A stretch of DNA of 39,699 bases from a virus (taxonomy: Duplodnaviria; Caudoviricetes): positions 1 through 39,699 of the IMG/VR virus record IMGVR_UViG_3300028072_000012, one strand, 5' to 3'. Below are positions 1 to 7,145 of this stretch, piece after piece (position 1 is the first letter of the stretch; every line of letters starts with the position of its first letter). Under the pieces are notes generated by a model. That model had not been told where the DNA came from, did no database searches, and worked only from the letters and a program-made list of their open reading frames with translations. The position numbers and the translations under genes are program-made.

Positions 1-135
1 GCAGCGTTCAGCTTACAATTCAGCCCAGTCACATCAGCATCACGCAACCCTCGCACAACGGGGTTACCATGCAATGTTACTACTCTGCGCTAACTGATTA
101 CGGTGAGGGATCTAGGGTTAGGGGATCTCTCCTGC

Positions 136-222
136 GGAAGGTCAACCGGACAGGCGTGCCGGGCTCGCCCCGAAAGCGATGCGTCCCCTCAAAAGGATGG
201 TGTTCAAATCACCGATCTTCCT
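136..222 (+). tRNA. tRNA-Ser(CGA), atypical 8/4 fold
   Basis: Acceptor GGAAGGTC/GATCTTCC (8 bp), D-stem CCGG/CCGG, anticodon loop CCCGAAA, long variable arm, T-arm GGTG-TTCAAAT-CACC. Confidence 0.7.
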
Positions 223-235
223 CTATAATGTCAAT

Positions 236-318
236 GGATCGTAAAGCTGCCAGGGGTAGCCGCCGGCTTGAACCCGGCTGGGCGCGTGAGCGCTGGGGGT
301 CGGGACCTCTGCGATCTG
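236..318 (+). tRNA. tRNA-Ser(TGA), atypical 8/4 fold
   Basis: Acceptor GGATCGTA/TGCGATCT (8 bp), anticodon arm GCCGG-CTTGAAC-CCGGC, long variable arm, 4-bp T-stem with GTCGGGA loop. Confidence 0.7.
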
Positions 319-319
319 C

Positions 320-393
320 GGGTGACGACTCAGCCGGTTGAAGAGGCGGTCCTGATAAGACCGTAGTGCAAGGTTCAACTCCTTGGTCACCTA
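320..393 (+). tRNA. tRNA-Ile(GAT)
   Basis: GGGTGAC/GTCACCT acceptor; CGGTC-CTGATAA-GACCG; CAAGG-TTCAACT-CCTTG. Confidence 0.88.
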
Positions 394-433
394 CGTGAAA
401 TTCAGTGCAGTTGATAAGGGAAGCAGGAGAAGC

Positions 434-649
434 ATGTCAGACTGGGAAACAACTCTTCTGGAGCCAGTCGTGGATAAGCCGGGTACTGAACTTGCAGTGA
501 TACCGAAGGAGCTGCCACGTGGACGCCATCGACGCCCAAAGCCTCCACGAGCTAGCGCAGCTCACCTTGCCGGAGCACGATACCGTGACCTGCTGGTGCT
601 GCTGTCTCGACTGCGACTTCAACTACCAGGAAGTCATGGCGGAAAGTAA
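434..649 (+). CDS. hypothetical protein (71 aa)
   Basis: ATG after AGGAG RBS; stop overlaps next ATG (TAATG). Confidence 0.55.
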   Translation: MSDWETTLLEPVVDKPGTELAVIPKELPRGRHRRPKPPRASAAHLAGARYRDLLVLLSRLRLQLPGSHGGK

Positions 650-813
650 TGCGCGCAGACGGCTCATGCAGTGAATGCGGGTGCACCTGGCCGCCCTGCG
701 CAGCCAAAGGGCATTGCGTCAGTCCGCTCATGTTCCGCTGGTGGATGATCCGGCATCCTCATGAGTACCGTAAGGCAAGAACGATAATCAGAGAGGGGTA
801 TGACAGTGAGTAA
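649..813 (+). CDS. small Cys-rich hypothetical protein (54 aa)
   Basis: Manual translation MRADGSCSECGCTWPPCAAKGHC...; coupled to upstream ORF. Confidence 0.5.
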   Translation: MRADGSCSECGCTWPPCAAKGHCVSPLMFRWWMIRHPHEYRKARTIIREGYDSE

Positions 814-832
814 ACACAGCGGGAAACTTCAT

Positions 833-906
833 GCCCCGCTAGCACAATCGGTCACTGCAGCGTCCTTTTAAGTCGCGGATTCCCGGTTCGAATCCGGGGC
901 GGGGCA
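833..906 (+). tRNA. tRNA-Lys(TTT)
   Basis: GCCCCGC/GCGGGGC acceptor; loop CTTTTAA; GGTTCGAATCC. Confidence 0.9.
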
Positions 907-925
907 CCCTTTATAATCCTCAACC

Positions 926-1060
926 ATGAATCCTCCCCAGCCGCCGCCTCCCCCGCAGCCGGATGACTGCCCGCGCTGCCAGGGAGCCGGTGCTGTCATC
1001 ATCAACGACAGGCCAGTTCAATGCCCCGCATGTCACGGCAGCGGGAAGAAAAACAAATAA
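926..1060 (+). CDS. DnaJ-type zinc-finger microprotein (44 aa)
   Basis: MNPPQPPPPPQPDDCPRCQGAGAVIINDRPVQCPACHGSGKKNK has two CxxCxGxG motifs; TATAAT at 912-917. Confidence 0.7.
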   Translation: MNPPQPPPPPQPDDCPRCQGAGAVIINDRPVQCPACHGSGKKNK

Positions 1061-1133
1061 GCATCACTAGCTCAAAGGATAGAGCGGCCGGCTTCTACCC
1101 GGCGGGTTAGGGGTTCGAGTCCTCTGTGATGCA
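1061..1133 (+). tRNA. tRNA-Arg(TCT)
   Basis: GCATCAC/GTGATGC; GCCGG-CTTCTAC-CCGGC; GTTCGAGTC. Confidence 0.92.
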
Positions 1134-1180
1134 CAGCATGCCCGTCCTTTTCCAGGGAGGTTGGGGGCGGGCATGCCCTA

Positions 1181-1252
1181 GGCCCCATCGTCTATGGGTT
1201 AGGATCGGAGGTTTTCACCCTCCGGAATGGAGTCCGAGTCTCCATGGGGTCA
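1181..1252 (+). tRNA. tRNA-Glu(TTC)
   Basis: GGCCCCA/TGGGGTC; GGAGG-TTTTCAC-CCTCC; T-loop variant TCCGAGT. Confidence 0.85.
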
Positions 1253-1253
1253 C

Positions 1254-1640
1254 ATGACACATATAAGAAACGACAAGACAGCCCGGGTCATCCCCGGGTT
1301 CAAGAAATCCGTTAACGAAAGCACCGGCGTCACGCACGTGTCCGCGTTCATGTGCCGGCACAGCGACAAGACCACCGCAGACGCCGACAGCGTACTGAAC
1401 GAGGCGAAAGAACAGCTCAGCGCAACCGACGCCACCCTGCTCAGCAAGGTGGTCTACCGGCTCAACTTCGAGTACGAAGCTGAGATCAGCAGCATCGCAT
1501 GCGACCAGTGGGCTATGGTCAGCGCGGAAACCTACGATCACAAGTTCAAGGTGACCGTCCAGTGCGACAGCGTGGAAGACGGCATCGCAGCAGTATGGAA
1601 GGCGTTCAAGGATCATGGTGCACCCGTCCCGGATGAGTGA
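1254..1640 (+). CDS. hypothetical protein
   Basis: ORF starting just after tRNA-Glu; overlaps next start; the ORF-track start at 1227 lies inside the tRNA. Confidence 0.7.
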   Translation: MTHIRNDKTARVIPGFKKSVNESTGVTHVSAFMCRHSDKTTADADSVLNEAKEQLSATDATLLSKVVYRLNFEYEAEISSIACDQWAMVSAETYDHKFKVTVQCDSVEDGIAAVWKAFKDHGAPVPDE

Positions 1641-1977
1641 CGAAGAGTACGTTAACTGGATCAACACCATGCCGGCAGCGGAGGAACGGATCAGCGCGGT
1701 CATGCGGGAATCCAGGTTCATCACCAGCTGGTTCCCGGCATACTCATCGGGGGCCGGGGACCTGATAGAGCAGATGCTGAAAGACCTGAAGAGGGAATGG
1801 CTCACCACGATCCGGAACTACCTGGAAGACCGGGAACTCCTCGCAGACAAGGATCTTCAGGAAAGCCTCCGGCAGATGCGTGACAGAATGTACGGTGCTG
1901 CCCTGGCATTCACTGAGCAGGAAGTCAGCGACGCTGCTGATGTCATGCGGTCAGCAGAAGACAGCGAGCCGGCATAG
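1633..1977 (+). CDS. hypothetical protein (helical)
   Basis: ATG overlaps the 3' end of the upstream ORF; protein-like composition. Confidence 0.7.
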   Translation: MSDEEYVNWINTMPAAEERISAVMRESRFITSWFPAYSSGAGDLIEQMLKDLKREWLTTIRNYLEDRELLADKDLQESLRQMRDRMYGAALAFTEQEVSDAADVMRSAEDSEPA

Positions 1978-2040
1978 CTTAGCGGTCAAAGCACCCCGCT
2001 CATAACGGGGAGACGCCTGGGTCAGCACCAGGTGCCGGTA
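1968..2040 (+). tRNA. tRNA-Met/Ile2(CAT), elongator type, atypical T-loop
   Basis: GCCGGCA/TGCCGGT; CCCCG-CTCATAA-CGGGG; CCTGG-GTCAGCA-CCAGG. Confidence 0.8.
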
Positions 2041-2055
2041 CGGAAAGGAAACCTG

Positions 2056-2241
2056 ATGGCATCGTGTGATCACGCGTGGGGTCCGTGGAACAGCTGGACC
2101 CAGACCTGCAACCAGTCACGCAGCCGTGTCTGCAATAAGTGCGGTGACTTCGACTACGACTACCAGACTGTGCATCAGTGGGGCACCTCTGAGGAAAATC
2201 CGAGGAAGATAACCTGCCAGCGCTGCGGTCAGTCCAGGTGA
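2056..2241 (+). CDS. small Cys-rich (CxxC) protein
   Basis: ATG after AAGGA RBS; CNKC and CQRC motifs, HxWG repeated. Confidence 0.65.
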   Translation: MASCDHAWGPWNSWTQTCNQSRSRVCNKCGDFDYDYQTVHQWGTSEENPRKITCQRCGQSR

Positions 2242-2245
2242 ACAC

Positions 2246-2319
2246 GGGCCAGTAACTCAGCTGGTAAGAGTGGCATCCTTATAAGGTGCTGGTCGTGCGT
2301 TCAAGCCGCACCTGGCCCA
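2246..2319 (+). tRNA. tRNA-Ile(TAT)
   Basis: GGGCCAG/CTGGCCC; GCATC-CTTATAA-GGTGC; GTGCG-TTCAAGC-CGCAC. Confidence 0.88.
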
Positions 2320-2333
2320 CTGAAGAAAGAAAG

Positions 2334-2699
2334 ATGATGAAGTTCAACATCGCACAGCTTGTGCACGGCAAGGACGGCAGCGCCGTCCTCATCGAAGAAG
2401 TTGCTCTCCGTGATTACCTGATGGAGTACGTGGTCGGTGACAACCTGTTCGGGTTGCTGAACTGGGTTCACCGGGACTGGATGTACAGTGTCCGCTGGGG
2501 ACCGGAAGATCCCGAGTTCGGGTTCGCGGAGAAGTCCCTCGGCGCGAAGCTGTTCAGCCTCGCCCAGTGGACCGCCGGCGGGTTCGGCGCGTACCGTAAG
2601 GCACGGCGGGTGGCGCAGTTCCCGGTGTCGTATGAGTGGGTGCGGGAGCACATGCCGGATGCCGGGTGGCCGTGGGACGGCACAGACGACAACGAATAA
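2334..2699 (+). CDS. hypothetical protein
   Basis: ATG after purine-rich RBS; GC3-rich codons. Confidence 0.7.
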   Translation: MMKFNIAQLVHGKDGSAVLIEEVALRDYLMEYVVGDNLFGLLNWVHRDWMYSVRWGPEDPEFGFAEKSLGAKLFSLAQWTAGGFGAYRKARRVAQFPVSYEWVREHMPDAGWPWDGTDDNE

Positions 2700-2703
2700 A
2701 AGG

Positions 2704-2731
2704 TTGACAACCAGCAGGATGCTGGTATGAT
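2704..2731 (+). promoter_or_regulatory. sigma70/SigA-type promoter
   Basis: TTGACA-16 nt-TATGAT with extended TG, upstream of tRNA-fMet. Confidence 0.75.
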
Positions 2732-2748
2732 TATGGGTGTAACAACGT

Positions 2749-2822
2749 AGCGGAGTAGAGCAGTTCGGTAGCTCGTCGGGCTCATAACCCGGAGGCCCCA
2801 GGTTCAAATCCTGGCTCCGCCA
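2749..2822 (+). tRNA. initiator tRNA-fMet(CAT)
   Basis: 1:72 mismatch (A:C), GGG/CCC anticodon stem, CTCATAA loop, GGTTCAAATCC. Confidence 0.9.
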
Positions 2823-2872
2823 CTAGGACTCCCGGGTAACCCATAGGGTGCCTACACCGGGAGTCCGATCAG

Positions 2873-2946
2873 TCTCCACTAGCTCAATTGGCAGATGCGT
2901 CCGGCTGTTAACCGGAAGGTTCCAGGTCCGAGTCCTGGGTGGAGAG
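2873..2946 (+). tRNA. tRNA-Asn(GTT)
   Basis: TCTCCAC/GTGGAGA; TCCGG-CTGTTAA-CCGGA. Confidence 0.9.
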
Positions 2947-3084
2947 CGGCAGCCGCTCACAGGTGAGTTGCCCTGGAACGTTTCCCCACCCCCTAGAAGG
3001 CGTTCCGTCCCTGTGTGCGCACTCCGAACTGCCCAGCGCCCGCCTGGCCGGCTGCCAGCGGGCACACAGATAGGATGCTGATAC

Positions 3085-3216
3085 ATGAAAGTGAAATGGC
3101 TGGTGATCGCGCTGATCGTGCTGTTCATCCTCATGGCACCTCAGGATGCAACGAACGCTGTGCACAGTCTCGTAAAGTTCTTCCAGGGAGTGTTCAGCGG
3201 AATGAACCTGCACTAA
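3085..3216 (+). CDS. small membrane protein (43 aa)
   Basis: MKVKWLVIALIVLFILMAPQDATNAVHSLVKFFQGVFSGMNLH, hydrophobic N-terminal helix. Confidence 0.55.
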   Translation: MKVKWLVIALIVLFILMAPQDATNAVHSLVKFFQGVFSGMNLH

Positions 3217-3224
3217 CAGACCAA

Positions 3225-3298
3225 GGTCCATTAGCTCAGTTGGTCAGAGCGCCGCCCTGTCACGGCGGAGGCCGCCGGTTCGAGCCCGGTATGGGCCG
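3225..3298 (+). tRNA. tRNA-Asp(GTC)
   Basis: CCGCC-CTGTCAC-GGCGG; canonical D and T arms. Confidence 0.93.
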
Positions 3299-3323
3299 CA
3301 AGTTCAGGTGATACGATGTCGCT

Positions 3324-3914
3324 ATGCCGATGCCGACACCGGAGCTGCAACGCGAGTATGCGCGTCAGTGGATGGCCGCCAGACGGGCGGCCTGGTTTGA
3401 AGGCAAAATCTGTGAAGAATGCGGGTCCACGAAGAATCTGGAACTAGATCACCGTGACCCGACGATGAAAGTAACGCACCGTGTCTGGTCATGGAGGAAG
3501 GAAAGACGAGAAGCGGAACTAGCAAAATGCCGGACACTATGCCAGGAATGCCACAAACTGAAGTCAGCTGGTGAGCACGCCAAAGGTTCACGTAATGGCT
3601 GCGCCAAGCTCACCGAAGAAGAAGCAAGACAAATAAGAGAATCGGTAGAACCTAGCCGGACGCTGAGCATTCGCTACGGAATCGGAATGCGCACAGTACA
3701 GCACATCCGGAAGGGCGATACTTGGTCACACATTGGGACGTTAGCACAACGGTCAGTGCACCACCCTGTCACGGTGGAAGGTGCCGGTTCGAATCCGACA
3801 CGTCTCGCGCAGAACAAGCTAGGCGGCGTAGCCTGCCCGTCTCCGGTAACCGGGCCTGATCTCCCTCGAAGTGCCGGGGATATGACCGCCGCACCCATAG
3901 AAGAGAGAAGATGA
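3324..3914 (+). CDS. HNH endonuclease with C-terminal HTH-like DNA-binding segment
   Basis: CEECGS-x-LELDH...CRTLCQECH motif, then KLTEEEARQIR...W-x-H; TACGAT 6 nt before ATG suggests leaderless mRNA. Confidence 0.85.
   Translation: MPMPTPELQREYARQWMAARRAAWFEGKICEECGSTKNLELDHRDPTMKVTHRVWSWRKERREAELAKCRTLCQECHKLKSAGEHAKGSRNGCAKLTEEEARQIRESVEPSRTLSIRYGIGMRTVQHIRKGDTWSHIGTLAQRSVHHPVTVEGAGSNPTRLAQNKLGGVACPSPVTGPDLPRSAGDMTAAPIEERR
3735..3807 (+). tRNA. tRNA-Asp(GTC), second copy, inside the HNH ORF
   Basis: GGGACGT/ACGTCTC; CCACC-CTGTCAC-GGTGG; GGTTCGAATCC. Confidence 0.85.
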
Positions 3915-4303
3915 TAACCGTGGGACCCTCAGGGCCGGCACCCTTCCAGCCCCTGTCCAGCTTTGCCGCGCACCCGCTGTCGTTCGACAGCCTGATGCTC
4001 ACCCATGAGGATCTCGCTGACATCATCGCCGGGATGAACGAACTGGAACTTTCCAGGTTCATGGAAATACTCGCGCTCAAGCTCGGCGCATCCAGTGACA
4101 CCCTGATGCTGCGACTGGAAGATCCCGGGGACAAGAAGATCGCGGTGATCAAGGAGATCCGTGACGCAACCGGCGTCAAGCTGATCGACGCGAAAAACAT
4201 GACGAACAGTGCACCTGTGAACATCCTGGCCGGTCCTGCCTGGCGGGTACGAGACGTGGCCGCACGACTGCGCCAGGCAGGCGCAACAGTTACAGTGAAC
4301 TAA
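3911..4303 (+). CDS. rplL: ribosomal protein bL12 (L7/L12) homolog
   Basis: C-terminal GDKKIAVIKEIRDATGVKLIDAKNM..AP..I....A..L..AGATV; N-terminal LTHEDLADIIAGMNELELS resembles the dimerisation helix; start may be 3995. Confidence 0.85.
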   Translation: MITVGPSGPAPFQPLSSFAAHPLSFDSLMLTHEDLADIIAGMNELELSRFMEILALKLGASSDTLMLRLEDPGDKKIAVIKEIRDATGVKLIDAKNMTNSAPVNILAGPAWRVRDVAARLRQAGATVTVN

Positions 4304-4310
4304 CTATCAC

Positions 4311-4382
4311 GGGCGTGTAGCTCAGCGGGAGAGCAGCTGCATGACGCGCAGAAGATCCCAGGTTCAATCCCTGGTACGCCCA
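4311..4382 (+). tRNA. tRNA-Val(GAC)
   Basis: GGGCGTG/TACGCCC; CTGC-ATGACGC-GCAG; GGTTCAATCC. Confidence 0.87.
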
Positions 4383-4442
4383 CAGGACCGGCATAACAGC
4401 CGCAGGTCCACACCTTTATCCTGGTGTGCCGGTCCCGCCAAC

Positions 4443-4517
4443 GGCCTTGCAGAGCAGCCTGGAGTGCTCGTCTGCCTCTCAAGCAGGAGATCGCCGGTTC
4501 GAATCCGGTCAAGGCTA
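4443..4517 (+). tRNA. tRNA-Glu(CTC)
   Basis: GGCCTTG/CAAGGCT; loop CTCTCAA; GGTTCGAATCC. Confidence 0.9.
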
Positions 4518-4621
4518 CGCGTCAGTCCGGGAAAAGAGAGGCAGCAGCCCTGCCGTTGCCTGCACGGCGGTCGCAAAGCAGGACAACCTGAGAGGTTCCC
4601 CGGTCAGCCGTCTCAGGACCA

Positions 4622-4694
4622 GCGCCCATAGCTCAGCGGATAGAGCAGCGGCCTACGGAGCCGCGTGTCGGGAGTTCAAGTCTCTCTGGGCGTA
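4622..4694 (+). tRNA. tRNA-Arg(ACG)
   Basis: GCGCCCA/TGGGCGT; GCGGC-CTACGGA-GCCGC. Confidence 0.92.
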
Positions 4695-4710
4695 CGTGAA
4701 AGAGGAAAGA

Positions 4711-5226
4711 ATGAGGATCAGCCCCGGTGATCTCGGCTGGATGGCAGCCATCATCGACGCTAAAGGCGCAGTCATCCGGAAACACAACGCCAAACGGAGA
4801 ACACCGCAGATCGTTCTCCGGGTGGACACCAAAGACCGTCGCATCGCCCGCCGGCTGAGTCTCCTCACCGGCACCAGCCCGGAAATCAAGGAAGCCATGG
4901 GCCCGTCGGACTTCCTCCGCCGTGGCTGCAAGGAACACTGCCCGGAATCCCACATCCACGTCGATCAGGAACCCTCCTGGCAGATGCCCGAAACCACCAG
5001 GTGGGCCATCACCGGCGCAGCCGCAGCAGTGATCCTCATGAACCTCGCCCCGTACATGATCACCTACCAGGATTACGAAGGTGACGTGAACCTGGCACTG
5101 ATGAACCTGGTCACCTCCGGGCAAGGTTCCGGCATGGTCCGATCGTCAGTGAACCGTCTCGCTGATCTCGGCTGGCAGATCCCCCGGAAAATAGAACTGA
5201 AACTCAGATTGACGAGCACCCCATGA
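4711..5226 (+). CDS. LAGLIDADG-like protein (possibly degenerate homing endonuclease)
   Basis: N-terminal DLGWMAAIIDAKGAV resembles the LAGLIDADG helix; ATG after GAGGAAAG. Confidence 0.6.
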   Translation: MRISPGDLGWMAAIIDAKGAVIRKHNAKRRTPQIVLRVDTKDRRIARRLSLLTGTSPEIKEAMGPSDFLRRGCKEHCPESHIHVDQEPSWQMPETTRWAITGAAAAVILMNLAPYMITYQDYEGDVNLALMNLVTSGQGSGMVRSSVNRLADLGWQIPRKIELKLRLTSTP

Positions 5227-5441
5227 CAACATGGAGAGACATCCTCCCCGAGGATGCGATACACATCGACTGCCGGGAACACCCCGAACTTGACCCGCCC
5301 CAGAATGAGGCAGGCGAACCATGCCCATGGCCGTGGGACCCCCAGCAGCTTGCCGGGGCACCCCTCGGGCAGTATCATTGCGGGTTCTGCGGTGCGATGG
5401 TCGTCGCGGGACTCCCCCACATCGACTACAGAGACGAGTAA
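5223..5441 (+). CDS. hypothetical zinc-binding protein
   Basis: ATGA overlap; YHCGFCG motif. Confidence 0.7.
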   Translation: MTTWRDILPEDAIHIDCREHPELDPPQNEAGEPCPWPWDPQQLAGAPLGQYHCGFCGAMVVAGLPHIDYRDE

Positions 5442-5447
5442 CACTAA

Positions 5448-5521
5448 GGCCGGTTAGCTCAACCTGGCGGAGCAACGCTTTCACACAGCGGAGGTTCAGA
5501 GTTCAAATCTCTGGCCGGCCA
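5448..5521 (+). tRNA. tRNA-Val(CAC)
   Basis: GGCCGGT/GCCGGCC; CGCT-TTCACAC-AGCG; CAGAG-TTCAAAT-CTCTG. Confidence 0.87.
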
Positions 5522-5675
5522 CGCGTAGTAGAGGTACTGTCACTGTAACTGTCGCACCACTGGGGTACCTCCGGGGCGATCCCGGGGGACGTGATGAACG
5601 CACCAATCCCCCTAGGCTAGAACTGGAACAGGCCAGCGGTCCACCCGTCCCCCCGACGGGAATCTGCTGGCGCAT

Positions 5676-5750
5676 GGCGGATATAGCTCAATGGGAGAGC
5701 GCTGGACTGTGGCTCCAGACATACGAGTTCGATCCTCGTTATTCGCCCCA
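5676..5750 (+). tRNA. tRNA-His(GTG) with G-1 and encoded CCA
   Basis: CTGGA-CTGTGGC-TCCAG; G-1:C73; ends CCCA. Confidence 0.92.
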
Positions 5751-5761
5751 AGTATTGACTA

Positions 5762-5841
5762 GCCAGAGTTGAGCAATCGGTCGCTCAGCGCCCTGTAAAG
5801 GCGTGGCTTCGGCAGTGGGGGTTCGAATCCCTCCTCTGGCA
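5762..5841 (+). tRNA. tRNA-Tyr(GTA)
   Basis: GCCAGAG/CTCTGGC; loop CTGTAAA; variable arm; GGTTCGAATCC. Confidence 0.9.
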
Positions 5842-5842
5842 C

Positions 5843-6079
5843 GTGGGTAAATACGCAACCCGCAATGGCGGGTATCAGATAGTAACCGTCCCTCTAGAAT
5901 TGCCGGAAGTGCCTGGTAGCCCCGGCGGCGTAGTTGAACGTTCCCTTGACGCCGGGTTCTATGCGGCGGTGTACATAAATCAGGGCAGTAGTGCTCCGAT
6001 AGGTGTCGGATACGGAGAAACTGAAACCGCCGCTGTCCGCGCAGCACTCAGCAACGCCGACGTGCGCTTCCAGGGATGA
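5843..6079 (+). CDS. hypothetical protein
   Basis: ORF filling the gap after tRNA-Tyr; start uncertain. Confidence 0.45.
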   Translation: MGKYATRNGGYQIVTVPLELPEVPGSPGGVVERSLDAGFYAAVYINQGSSAPIGVGYGETETAAVRAALSNADVRFQG

Positions 6080-6145
6080 ACTGCGTCGCGTATGCTACCC
6101 AGGTTCAAGTCCTGGTCCCGGCACAAAAAGAAAAGGAGAAACACA

Positions 6146-6334
6146 ATGAAGACAGCAGCAGTCATCCTCATGACCATCGGTCTCGCAGGACTGTTCCTCC
6201 TCGGCTACGCCTGGATGACCAGTGACAGCTCCTTCGAACCCCGCAAGCCCGCCGACAAGCCGAAAATCCGCCGTCGGGTAACAGCCATGCTGATGCTCTG
6301 CGTAATGACCGGCGCAGCATATGCAGGAGCCTGA
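6146..6334 (+). CDS. small membrane protein
   Basis: AAGGAG RBS; two hydrophobic segments. Confidence 0.7.
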   Translation: MKTAAVILMTIGLAGLFLLGYAWMTSDSSFEPRKPADKPKIRRRVTAMLMLCVMTGAAYAGA

Positions 6335-6482
6335 CAACATAGACGACCTGATCAACGCCTGGCACAATGGTGCTGGCGGTAACCAGGAACTCTGGCAGTA
6401 CCTCGGCTGGACCTGGAAACAGTACAAAACATGGGTAGAGACCGGGAAAATCTCTCCAGTAGAAATCAGTAAAGAACAGTAG
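6321..6482 (+). CDS. hypothetical phage protein (53 aa)
   Basis: Manual translation MQEPDNIDDLINAWHNG...LWQYLGWTWKQYKTWVETG; fills the gap between flanking ORFs. Confidence 0.65.
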   Translation: MQEPDNIDDLINAWHNGAGGNQELWQYLGWTWKQYKTWVETGKISPVEISKEQ

Positions 6483-6501
6483 AGAGTAAAGGAGGGGGAC
6501 A

Positions 6502-6843
6502 ATGATCACCATCACCCGGGCGGTACAGACCTGCATGGCCTGCCCCTCCCAATGGAACCTGTGGAGCGACAACGGCGACTACTACTACGCCCGCTACCGG
6601 CACGGCTGCGGTGAACTCCGCCAATACAAAACCGAACACTGGTACCACAAAGACGAAGACGAATTCATCGCCGACATCGCCGAGTTCTACCACGGCGACC
6701 CGCTCGACGGCATGATCAGCCTGGAAGAATTCGCGCAGCTCGCCGGCATCACCATCGCCCCCGACGCCATGATCACCGGATACGGGGACCATCTCCGCGA
6801 TGAGATGATCACCAGCGGGTTCACCGGACTGCTCGATGAGTAA
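6502..6843 (+). CDS. hypothetical phage protein
   Basis: AAGGAGG RBS; TCxACPSQW...YARYRHG motif. Confidence 0.8.
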   Translation: MITITRAVQTCMACPSQWNLWSDNGDYYYARYRHGCGELRQYKTEHWYHKDEDEFIADIAEFYHGDPLDGMISLEEFAQLAGITIAPDAMITGYGDHLRDEMITSGFTGLLDE

Positions 6844-7039
6844 CTGGGCATACGCGAGTACCCGACGAGGCACGGTGATCATCATGAATGAAGATGAGCG
6901 TGTCCTGTTCGAAGACTTCATCAGCACTGACAGTCTTCTGGCATCAGCGGAAATAGCGTTCGCGTCAGCCGGCTGGACCCGTCAGGGTGACTGGGAACAG
7001 CTTGCCAGCGGATGGCAGACTGAAGTAAAGCGCACCTGA
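6836..7039 (+). CDS. hypothetical protein
   Basis: Overlapping start with upstream ORF. Confidence 0.6.
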   Translation: MSNWAYASTRRGTVIIMNEDERVLFEDFISTDSLLASAEIAFASAGWTRQGDWEQLASGWQTEVKRT

Positions 7040-7048
7040 CGGCCTGTT

Positions 7049-7121
7049 GCTTCCGAAGTAGACCGGACGATACGCCAGCCTCCGGAGCTGGAGACAGCAG
7101 GTTCGACTCCTGCCGGGAGCA
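7049..7121 (+). tRNA. tRNA-Arg(CCG)
   Basis: GCTTCCG/CGGGAGC; CCAGC-CTCCGGA-GCTGG; GCAGG-TTCGACT-CCTGC. Confidence 0.87.
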
Positions 7122-7145
7122 CCCACAAGAAAAGAGAAGAGAGAA

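Noticed and set aside
136-222. Selenocysteine tRNA
   Set aside because: Acceptor resembles selC, but the anticodon is CGA rather than TCA and the T-stem is 4 bp
4426-4710. N-terminal extension of ORF 4426-5226 and similar ORF-track starts inside tRNAs (1227, 2032, 2286)
   Set aside because: They overlap well-formed tRNA genes; downstream ATGs, mostly with an RBS, are more plausible
5522-5675. Possible named ncRNA or riboswitch in hairpin-rich spacers (also 2947-3070 and 4520-4620)
   Set aside because: Several stems are visible, but I recognise no family motif; an Rfam/Infernal scan is needed
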